Assembly: GCA_964016885.1 (NCBI GenBank) | Contig: OZ024743.1 | Span: 224,812,001 to 224,876,000 of the forward strand | Direction of reading: 5' to 3' | Length of the DNA stretch: 64,000 bases | Origin: Eledone cirrhosa | Lineage: Eukaryota | In this document: piece by piece, positions 52,501-64,000 of the stretch | Numbering within the stretch: position 1 is the first letter of the stretch | Layout of the letters: each line of letters starts with the position of its first letter | Position numbers and translations under genes: made by a program | The notes under the pieces: generated by a model | The model's input: only the letters and a program-made list of their open reading frames with translations | Told to the model about the DNA's origin: nothing | The model's database searches: none

Positions 52501-53947
52501 ATGACAGTGCCTATGACCCATTTCAGGGTCTCTGAGACAATTGGGAGTGATAAAGGGCAGAAAGTATATTCAAACCAGAGACCAGGCCCCAATGCTTGCA
52601 ACAAAGTGGACTCTACTAAAGGCACCCAAAGGTGAGCAATGGGTTACGTCTACAACCCAAATATCTGTATGATTTAGATAACTTGTACAGTTGTAGTATA
52701 TAATGATCAAATTCTAAATTTTTTGTTTCATGTTTCTATCCCATTATTAAATTATCTTGCTCTAGTTTACATTCTCTATCTCATTACAAATTCGAAATTT
52801 GTAATGACTTTAAAGAGATCAGTTGTATTAAATGTGATGCATTTTTAGCCCCTCCTTAGACACATACACATTTTAAAACCCTTTCTTTATCATATTTCTA
52901 ATGGAAGATACTACCTATGATTTTCAAATAACTTTCTCATTACTAAGCCGGTGTTTGGATCATAACTTAAAGGCTCTTACATAAAATTATGATGGAAGGT
53001 TTGTAAATAGACAGTTTTATATCATCAACTTGGGTTGTGTCTATGTTTACATTTGCACTTGTGTCTTTGTTTATGTTTTATAACTTAGGTGTTCAATAAA
53101 AAAGAAATAGATAAAATAAGCATCAGACTTGAAAATATAAATACCGGAGTTAATTTAATTGATGAAGTCGAGGTTGTGTCCAAGCCTAATTGTAGTCTAA
53201 TGACTGACTTTATTAAAGGAGTATTAATTAAAGTTAGATACAATAAAATGGAATGAAATCACATCAGCAAACAAGAGCCACATATTGATATACATGAAGA
53301 CATTCATCCATTCAAGGGTCCTTAATTTCATAGAGTTATAGAGACACAGTTCTAACATGCAGCATGTCCTGAGCATTTAAACCTGACAGAGCCTAACCCT
53401 AGCTGATTTCTTTAAGAAACAAAGGAAAGAGAAAGTAAGAAGTAGAGATATAGAGGGAAAAAATCAACCTCAGTATTGACCTTGAAAGGATAAAAGGCAA
53501 AGTTGACAAGAACAAGATTTGAACCCAGAGTGCAGAGAGCTAGAGAGAATACTTTAAAGCATTCTATGTATTGTAAACACAAAATAACAATAAATATATA
53601 CTAATTCTGCCCCCACTAGGGGAGCAATAAATAGAGTGAATAGCATGAACTTTCATGATCAGAAGTATCATTCAATGAGTGATTAGCATTGACTTGATGT
53701 GTGGACAACCGTGAATTATAATAATCATGTCCACTTCAAAGGTTTTTCTAGTGTTCAGTGAAATATCTCTAATCTGTAATTAAACCAGAATCTCATTCTC
53801 AGCACATATATTATATTATTTGTAAGTGTATGCATGTGCTTTTTCTTCATAATGCTTATATTTATCATTGCTGCCTAATACAAATGGTCAAATTTCAAAG
53901 CTTCCCAATGTTAAGATATTGCCATCACAGTTATCTAGGAAGAAAAT

Positions 53948-53979
<32 letters not shown>

Positions 53980-54039
53980 TGTATGTATGTATGTATGTTC
54001 TTGATGTTATTGTAAGTGTGGATCTGTATGTATTGAGTT

Positions 54040-54423
54040 ATATGTGTACACCTGCATATGTTTGGTATCTACACATATGTGTACACCTGCATATGTTTGG
54101 TATCTACACATATGTGTACACCTGCATATGTTTGGTATCTACACATATGTGTACACCTGCATATGTTTGGTATTTACACATATGTGTACACCTGCATATG
54201 TTTGGTATCTACACATATGTGTACACCTGCATATGTTTGGTATCTACACATATGTGTACACCTGCATATGTTTGGTATCTACACATATGTGTACATCTGC
54301 ATATGTTTGGTATCTACACATATGTGTACACCTGCATATGTTTGGTATCTACACATATATGTACACCTGCATATGTTTGGTATTTACACATATGTGTACA
54401 CCTGCATATGTTTGGTATCTACA
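54040..54423. repeat. Minisatellite, 35-bp unit, about 11 copies
   Basis: Unit tatgtgtacacctgcatatgtttggtatctacaca, nearly invariant. Confidence 0.95.
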
Positions 54424-57400
54424 GTTATTACATGCAGAATTTTTGTAATGTTTTACATATTTTTACAGTTCCATTAATGGATTGTACTTGTAACTTCCTA
54501 ACTAGTCATGTTCTTTCTGGTTCTGTAGATGGGTTCCTACACTTGGTGGTTCATAGATGTTGTCAGAGGGATATGATGTGACACTCTATGTATGTATGTA
54601 TGTCGGGTCACTCTTGAGTGCTACTGGTAACATGTAACCCAGTACAACCTGTCGCATGGTCAGGTCATTGGCGACTAAACTAGCAACCCCACCAAGATTA
54701 CTTGGTGAGGAGGGTGATTTTGGACAACCTGCAGGACAAAAAAAAACCTGACAAAGGGCGAAAGAATTCATAAGAGTCAACAGCCATCCAAAAATGTGTA
54801 AATATGTATATACACGTATGCATGTGTATGTGTGCGTATATATGTATATACATGCATGCATATGCATATGGGACATAGAAATAATTGGGCTAAATACCTG
54901 ATCGCACGGTTAAACCGCTGGGAGTGAAGGACCCCTAGCCTTTGTCAGGGGTTTCTTCTAGGAGAAGGTAATTCAGGAAACTGGGATAATGCCGACATAA
55001 AACCTGCGGGTGAGTAGTTACTGATGATGTTGATCTTTTCTTCTTTTTGGGTTATAGCTACTGTCGCTCGGAGAGTGGGATTGGCTCAGTGCAGTCTTTC
55101 CTCACTTTAAAAAAAATCTTCACGCACAGGCATTGCACAATAGCATTAATTGATAATTATTAATAATGCTATATCGTGCAATGGCCATACTTGATAATGA
55201 GGGAGCAGCCATAATGTATGTATGTATGTGTGTGTGTATATATATATATATATATAACCCATGTGGGCATTGAAAAGTTGGGGAGAAATTATGATGATGA
55301 TATATAAAGTAGGGTATGTCAACATATGTATTGGTTTTATGTGGTCTTTAGGACTGATGTGTAACAGAATATATGAAGAAGTGTCCAAGTTGATATATAT
55401 CACACCTAATCTCTTTGCTATTTTAGCTAAAATTGTTAAACAAATTTGATCAATGATTATTTACAATAAAAATTTAATCAAAGTAATTCTATCCACCATG
55501 ATAAAGAATCTACTATATCCACTAATACCAAAGTTGTTAATTCTGAGAGTAATTGTAGAGCACACAATAAGTGCCTTACAAATTACTTTCACCATTTTGA
55601 TAGCCACCAAGTCAAAACCAGCTCTTTTTCTAAAAAATAAAACTACTCATTTTAGAGAGTTTCTATCGTAATTAAAATCTTATTTTATATAAGAATCACA
55701 AGTTACTATGTTAGTAATGATATAATGAATAAATTTAGGAAATTTTTCAAAAATATTCCTAGAGTAAAATAGAGAGAAAAAGAGATCACAAGAGTAAAAA
55801 AACAACTTGAAAATGTAAATTAGAAATCAAAGAGCAATGCTTATAAGATGAAGAGCTGTATGAAGGAAAAACCATGCCACTAGTACAGTAGCAGATATCT
55901 GCAACATTATCAAACCCTGATATAACAAATAGGATATCAACCCTTTTGATACCAGCCTGCCCCAAACTGACTCTGGTTCTGGTTCTATGAAACAGAACCA
56001 CATATTATAAATGGTTCCTATTTAAATTAAAATCTTCCAACATAATCTAATATAAGAAACTTTTATATTTCAAATACCATTTTAATAATGAGAAAATTAA
56101 TAGTGCAAGTTAAAGTTGAGTAAAGTAAGAAAAATAAGATAAACCGACAGCTTAAACCTTAAACCATACCTTATTTTTCATTATATTTCAAAGTTAGAAC
56201 CTTTTTTCAAAAGAAAAGAATCAGAGAAGGGTGCTGATAGCAAGCAAGCTGTCGCTGTTAAAACCACACTCTGAATTTTTTAAATTTCATTTTACAAAGG
56301 TGCTAACCTCAAAATTTAATGAAATTTCAGGTAAAAATAATTAATAAATCCTTCCTAATTCCTCATTAAAGAATTGAAGTATAGGGTATTTCATTATAAA
56401 TATGGTAATAAAAGGGTTAAAATAGTACAGCAAACTAAAAATCTAATGGCTACAATCTTGTCTCAAAATTATGTCAAAGAATAATGCCAATTAAAACAAA
56501 ATACAAATTATTGACTATAATTATAACAAAAAATTATTAGAAATATGACTAAGTTAACAGACAAAACTGTATAACAAAAATGAGTAAGTACACATCTATT
56601 ATAAAATTGATTGTCTGTGTGTATTGTTATAGCTCATACCTATGGAGATTCAGCTGGCTTATGAGGTTACATCTTATAGGAGGTTTTGTGTGTTTTAATA
56701 ACAGAGGCCCCATTCCATTAATGGAGAGCCTCATATACTGGATCAGATGTTAGTCCACTGTAGCAGCTACTGGTACTCATTTTTTCTGTCAAGTCAACTG
56801 GAGCAATGTGAACTGAAACATCTTGCTGAAGAACACAACATGCTGCCTGGTCCAGAAATTGAACCCACAACCTTCTGATTGTAAATCTAACACCTTGAAT
56901 TTTTACTCACATAGGAGAAAAGAAAAAAAAGATGTTTCTAAATGTGAATTTGTCAGAAGTAATAACTGGGAATTACAAAGTACTATTTCTAATTAGATGA
57001 ACCCAGGAAAATTCCATGGGAAACCTGACTTGTTCATCTTCACTATAAAATAACTATTACATCTAGGGATGCATGTATGGAATATTATATTGGAGTAACA
57101 TTTTACAGTTCACAAAAACAAAACCAGATGAACTCAGCATCATATATAAAGATCTTGTAAGAGACCACTGATACAACCTTATATATATGTTTACACACAC
57201 ACACATAAATATATATCAAATGTATGCAAAGTTTGATAGAAATGCTTTAAACAGTAAAGTAAGACTATCAAAGGTTGAAGTTATCTGTATCTATAAGAAA
57301 GGACTATAGTAGTAAGAATATATGTGGAACAGAATAAACAGAGTTATTTTATGTTGAAAGAAATGACAGGAAGCTAAAATATAATGAAAATTATTAAGAT

Positions 57401-57538
57401 TATTTAGGCACTGGTATGGCTGTAGTTAAGTAGTTCGCTTCACAAACACATGGTTTGGAGTTCATGCCCACTATGTGGTACCTCAGTTTTTCCAATGTCT
57501 TGTGAGAGAAATCTGGTAGTTGGAAGCCACATAAGCCC

Positions 57539-57540
<2 letters not shown>

Positions 57541-57630
<90 letters not shown>
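57541..57630. repeat. (TG)n microsatellite; other simple repeats include (AG)n 23827-23914, GA-rich 51600-51840 and many (TA)n tracts
   Basis: Direct reading of the sequence. Confidence 0.95.
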
Positions 57631-57632
<2 letters not shown>

Positions 57633-60600
57633 TGCGTGTACATTTGTGTTTGCATTCATGAAATTTGGAAAATGGAAATTACTGAAGTCCATTGTACATA
57701 TGTGTGTGTAGGAAAGAGGTGTATCTGCATGTGCATTTGTGTATTCATTCAAGTCCTGTAACTTAGGAATTCAACACAAAAAGAAAATAAGTAGTGGGAT
57801 CAATATGACAGACTAAATTCCTCGAAAGCTGAGCCCCAGCATAGCTGCAGTTTCATTATTGAATCCAGTCAAACAAAAGAAAAAATTACCAGAGAGATTT
57901 GCTATCTTTTAGTTTAGGAGTTATGTTAGGATTGAGGATTATAATATAAATAATGCTTATGAATAAGTGCTTGCATGTGACAGTGTTGACCTTTAATGTA
58001 TATACATAATCTTGTATATATAGTATCATATTTTACATCATAATTTCAAAGGGTGTACATATGTAAATATGCACATTATAAAATTTATTATATGGTTTCC
58101 TTTGTTTAATGTCCCTACCCAGGCGTCTCATAACAACTGGAATACAATAGAAGTTCAAAAAGCAAATATTTGGTTATATGTTGAACTTTGTGCAGTAGCA
58201 CATGTAAGGATTGTATGTAATAAGATTTAAACTCAAATTACTTGCTTTAATTTTTTTGGTTGACAACAGGTTCTATAATAACTCCACATCTAATGGGATA
58301 GAAAAAAGGCATTCAATTGCTTAGGGAATATAAAAATTACTAACTTTAACCCTTTTGATAACCACCAAGCCCAAACCATCTCTTTTCTATAAAATTACTC
58401 ATTTTAAAGAGTACCTATCTAAATTCAAACCTTATTTTATATAAGAATCACAAGTTACTATCTTAGTAATGATATAATGAATAATTTTAGGAAATTTCTC
58501 AAAAATGTTCATTAATCAATTTCATTAGAGATAAAGTCACACAAGAGTTATCCAAAATTGTCTCACCATTCCGAGCATAACAAAATGGATGCAAAATAAT
58601 ACAAGAGGAAATCCATCAAAGAAAGGAAAGAAGTGAATTGTCAGATCCAACCAATGAAACAATGTTTCCATTGGTGTTTCAATAACTGATCCTGTCTGCC
58701 AGGAGTGGCAACTCCTTGCAAAAGGAAGCAGGATTATAACTGAGAATACACAGAATTGAATCAGATACTATAAGATATTTTGTCTGACTCTTTTATAATC
58801 CCACCAATCCATGGCCCTTTTGGACTGGTACTGTATTTATCAACCTCAAAAGGCAAAGTTAATCTTGGTGGAATTTGAACCCAGAACATAGTGTTCCAGA
58901 TCAAATTCTGAAGGATTTAGTACGATGCACTAATGACTGCCAATTTGTCACAAGAGATTCCAAATATTTTCAATGCTATGTCTACAAAACATGTTCTTTT
59001 TTTATATAACAATGAAAAATACAGATTTGAAAATGTCTTCAATTTATGGTGATGTTTCTATCGCAGTGATTCTCAAACTAAAATATAGTAACTTAACATA
59101 TGGTTCTTACATAAAGAACCCTTTAAAATGGGTGGTTTTGTTTCATAAAAATAGAGTCTGATTTGTAATAATGAAATTATTGTGTACAGTGCTCAGGTGC
59201 ACTACAACAATTTGTTCAGGTTGATATCAAAAAGGTTAAATTATTAAAGAATAAAATCAATAAAATATGAATGTTATCTGCTACAATCAGAACTAACAGT
59301 CCTGGCATCCCAAAATATAAATTGATGTAAACTACACTGATCTCTATCTTCATTTGCAGTAAATTATTGAGACATATTTTATTGAGGAAAAACTAAGTTG
59401 TTTAGAATTATGGAAGTTTTAGGTAGGTTAGTATCAAAAGCATAGGGAGACTGGCCATACAGGTATTAAGGCAATATCTGGCGGGCTGTTGAAGTGGGTA
59501 AAAAAAGTACAGCTGAAACATGTTATGAAAATCTGAAATCATGGCTGCTGGACGAAGATTAAAATGCAAATAGAATGCACCTTAGTTGAGCAGCAAAATC
59601 CTGCTTCCAGTTCTCACATCAGTCAGTTAGACAGTGTTGATGAATGTCAAGGCTAGTTTTAAGACTCAGTCTACCTTTGATAAAAAGGGTTAAACAGTGG
59701 GACAGCATTCTATCAAATCAGCAATGTGTAGCAACTAATGAAAGATGATCTGTCAGTCACTTTATTTTGTTAGAAACACCAATCCTACATCTAGAGAAAG
59801 AAACCTGCCCAAAAGTGTGAATTTCATATAATCTGTAATGTAATCAACTGAATGTAATAACAATCTAAAATAGCTGTTTTGTTAAATATGAAACAAGAAC
59901 TTCTCTGATTACTTCTAACAACATCTTGTATCCAGGCGACTTCAGTTGGCTAATATGACGATTTTTAAAATAAGTATTTTGCCATATTATATGTTGTTAT
60001 TGCTTGTGTAAGCTTTATTGTCTAAGTGCTAGGACACTCATATACTGACAATATAAACTACACTATCACTTTTCATGTTTTTGATTCAATTTGCAAACAG
60101 ATCCAGTTATTGATTATAGAAATCTTATTTAATATAAAACTATATAGTGTGATGGCAGTAGTAGTAGTATCTGGTTCATACCTGGTGTGATGGTAAGTGG
60201 TGGTGGTTAACTCAAGAGCTATAATGATGGTGGTAGTGCTAATAGCCATCGCTACAATGATGGTAATGATAATGGAGGCAGTTATTCCAGAGTGTTGGTA
60301 GTTGTAGAAGCATCAACAAGCCTTTTCAAATGAAAATCAATGTAAAGAGAGTTTAACCCTTTTGATATCAGCTAGGACAAAACCAGCTTTATTTCTATGA
60401 AACAAAAACATTCCATGTTGAAAGATTTTAATTTAAATTTAAATTTAAATCTTTCAACATGATTTTGTTAAGAACCACATGTTAAGTTATCCTATCTATA
60501 CAGTCATGAAAAGGTTGATTATAAAAAAGAGGAAAACATTAAGAACAGTAACAATAACAAACTTTTAGCTTCTCCAGTGGAATGAAACCAGTGATTTTGC

Positions 60601-62879
60601 CTTAGTTTGAACTCCCAAACTCTTATCTAAATGCGATATAGTGGGTTACATGCCAGAATTTAAAGGTGAAGTGCTGTAAGGTAAGTGAGAACAGGTGAAT
60701 GACCACTTCTTTTTTTATCAAAGCATGCTTATGATATGCCATACATAAAGAGCTACTAATTTTCTGTTCTGACCAGTTCTAGGGTGTGTGGTGTCTTTGA
60801 GTTGCACAGTCTGATAGAGCTAACAATAAAAATTCACTGAGAGCATTTTTTGGAAGTGAGGTAAGCATCGATTAACATCTCTAATAAACTAGAAGGATAA
60901 CCTTTCATTAAAAAATGATATATCACATATTTAAGTTGAAATAACAATTATCTGTGTTATTGGTCTTGCTACAGAAAGATCACAGGCATCTCCTACACAG
61001 AATACATAAGCAAAGAAAGCATTTACATGGCAATCAGGTGAGGACCTACTAACTACTGTAAAAACACAAAAATTGGATGGTATGGTTGCATGACAAGATC
61101 TGATGTATTGAGCAAGACCTGGTATGGTCACATGACAAGATATGATGTATTGAGCAAGACCATCCACAAAGAATGAATAGTTCAGGAGAAAAGTAAGCTA
61201 AGTCATGAAAAGAAATAATGATTTCTACTTTAGGCACAAGGCCAGCAATTTTGGGGGAGAGGAAAGTCGATTAAATCGACCCCAGTGCATTACTGGTGCT
61301 TTATTTCATCGACCCCGTAAGGATGAAAGGCAAAGCTAACCTTGGTGGGCTCTGAACTCAAAACGTAAAGGGCCATAACTCTATGCTGCAAAGGCAGATA
61401 ACATTAAGAAATAAATTGGTAAAGAATTCACAACAACACATGTCTTGTCCCACAGTAGGGATGGATGGAAGGAGTTGATACACAGCACCACCCTGCAGGG
61501 CCCACACAATTCTTGAGGGTCAATGAAAAGTAAAGTAAAGTGATGTCTTGATAAACAATGTGCACTGCTCCACATTCTCCTGAGATTAATTTGTAGAAAG
61601 GTAGAACCATATTTTGCTGATGGAATATTTAGCTCCTCATAATTCCACAGAGAAGAATATTTATAACAAAACAAATTAATGCTGGTTTTTTAAAAAGAAA
61701 TGTTAAAAAATGGAAAGCAAATTACTTATAAAATTTTGAAGTAAATCAGTCTATTTACTAGTATTATTATTTCTATTTTCTATTTATTTATTTCTATTTT
61801 TTTTTTTTTGTGGAGGTGGTGAGTTGGGAGGCTATTCATTAGTTACTTATCCTAATAACTTGATAAAATCACAGGTGCAAACATTATCAAATGGTTATCA
61901 ACAAATCAATAGGAATAATTTGAGCCAGCTTATTTGTTGTTGAATAAATACACACAGAAACACACATACAGAAATAGACACACACAACACACACATTGAC
62001 TGCAATTAGGCATTGCTGGAGGTAATATAAAGATGTTTACCTACAAAGGAACTGAAATATTTTCTACAATGAAAAGTCTAGGAATCAATGTAAGTCCAAA
62101 AAACAGAATTTTTCTCAGCGTATTAAAATCCAGTAAAGGAGAAAATCATCAGATCAGACCAAGGAAACAATGTTTCCATTGGTCTTTTCATTGCTGATAC
62201 TATCTGCTGGTCACAACTCCTGGCTGAAGGATCAACATAAAATAAAATATTTTGCTCAAAAACACAATGCATCACCTAGACCAGGAATCTAACCACAAGA
62301 CTGTGTACCTAGCATATTCAGCCCCCCCCCCCCCCCCCAGCTTTTGTTTTTTTTTTTCAAAATGTAAATTTTATCATTTGTGCCTGATTTCCATAACCAC
62401 TCATGTATGGATTATAGATACCAATATGTTTAATGTATGACAGATTAATACCAAAATAGTATATATACTATAGTGATGTTTAGTTTACATAGTGTAAGAG
62501 TTATTTTAACCATTCAAAAACACATAAAAGCTGAGAAATTTCACTTTACAATTATCATTTACTTCCTGATATCAACATTTTGTTTACAACATGGTCATAA
62601 AGATTGTGATGAAAATTGTCTGACACCTGAATGGTGTTGGTGATCAGGTTTCAAACAATTTTGACACCAGGAAATAAATGATAAATGTAAAATAAAGCTA
62701 ACAGTTTTTCAATGACTAAAATGACTCTTTAAATTGCTTTAGTTCAACATCTAGTTTAAAATCAAATAATTGGCCAGACTAACACAACTCCGATGTTTAA
62801 TTTATTATATGTAATGTCAATATCTTTAGTATGTTATATGTAATGTTTTAGTGTGTAATACATGATATTAGAAAGTTTA

Positions 62880-63206
62880 CATTATATATATTGGACGGAT
62901 AGGTGTCCTCGTCTTGTTTTGTTGTTAACACAACGTTTTGGCTGATGTACTCTCCAGCCTTCATCAGGTGTCCTAGTGATGTTATTATTAATGTTTGTTC
63001 AGGTCACTGCCTAGAATTGTACACTGCCTAGAAATGTACTAGAAATGTACCTGAACAAACGTTAATAATAACATCACTAGGACACCTGATGAAGGCTGGA
63101 GAGTACATTAACCGAAACATTGTGTTAACAACAAAACAAGATGAGGACACCTATCCGTCCAATATATATAATCTAAATAATTCCTCGTCTCAAAAATATA
63201 GAACAG
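62880..63206 (+). mobile_element. Fold-back insertion with hammerhead core and 14-bp target-site duplication
   Basis: tattagaaagttta occurs at 62866-62879 and 63207-63220. Arms are 62881-63004 and 63049-63172. Core gacac-CTGATGA-aggctg..-GAAAC..gtgtt lies at 63081-63126. Confidence 0.85.
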
Positions 63207-63269
63207 TATTAGAAAGTTTAGTATAGTTTAGATAAAACTAGTAATACAAACAACAACAAAAACAACTAA

Positions 63270-64000
63270 AAGCATCTTAAGGCCATATTCCCTGCTAAAG
63301 TAGGGGTTAGCCCCACAAACCTTATGACAAACCACTCCAGTTTTCCATATGGTGTGCACCCCAACACCAAACCTCTAGCATACATTTCATCTTCTATCAT
63401 CTTTAGCTATGTCTTTCTTGATTTTTCCCTTTCCTCTACTCCATTCCACATTCATTTCCAGCACTCCTCACTCCCAGTCACGTTCATCCTTCCTCAATAC
63501 ATCATCCAACCATCCATTTCTCTTCTCAACATTCACTACTGGTTCTATTGCCATCATCCTCTGCAATTCATGTTTGTCTTCCTCTCTCTCAGCAATACTC
63601 CACTCATCCATTGGACCATTCTTATTTCCATTCTTGACACTCTCCTCTGTTGTTCCATGTTCATCACTCATGTTTCACTCCCATAAATCATGATACTTCT
63701 CACACATGCAGCATACACCTCTCCCTTCAGTTTCAGTGACACTCCTCTCCTCATTAACACACCACGCTGTTCCTGGAACTTCTTCCATGCACATCTCACT
63801 TTGGTTACTTTCGCAGAGTTTGTTCCACCCTTACCATTCAATATATCTCCCAGGTAACAAAACATTTTTACACTTTCTCTCTTCACACGATTTCCAAGAT
63901 CAATCTCAATATCTTCTCCATCTGTAGCTCCCTTCATACACATTTTACACTTAAATGTAGCTGCTAAATCATTTAATAATTCCTTCACACCACTACATTC
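63270..64000 (-). mobile_element. RTE LINE 3' part (related fragment at about 48430-48720)
   Basis: VKMFCYLGD, KVRCAWKKF and LKLKGEVYAACVRSIMIYGSET motifs. Confidence 0.88.

Noticed and set aside
53868-54581. Repetitive ORFs; possible CRISPR-like array
   Set aside because: This is a head-to-tail minisatellite with no unique spacers, in a eukaryotic intron.
56990-57045. Minus-strand EDEQVRFPM peptide resembling the next upstream PDE2 exon
   Set aside because: No suitable phase-0 donor follows and the match is short. The upstream exons probably lie outside the window or are too diverged to recognise.

Overview
AT-rich, microsatellite- and transposon-dense animal genomic DNA. The repeat content suggests a coleoid cephalopod such as Octopus, but this is inference. 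The whole window lies inside one minus-strand, multi-intron gene encoding a PDE2-type cGMP-stimulated phosphodiesterase. I traced 12 GT-AG exons with compatible phases between 48808 and 11508, covering the end of GAF-A, all of GAF-B and the GAF-B-to-catalytic linker helix. The most notable host-gene feature is a tandem pair of homologous 78-nt exons (11704-11781 and 11508-11585) that look mutually exclusive. The introns hold a near-full-length Penelope-like (Naiad-type) retroelement with a hammerhead ribozyme in its pseudo-LTR, and several unrelated fold-back insertions that each carry a hammerhead-like core. They also hold decayed RTE LINEs with a PHD finger inside the RT, a DD37D (maT) mariner remnant, Helitron-like elements, piggyBac- and Tc1-type MITEs, tRNA-derived SINEs and simple repeats. 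Most ORFs in the supplied track are microsatellite artefacts.
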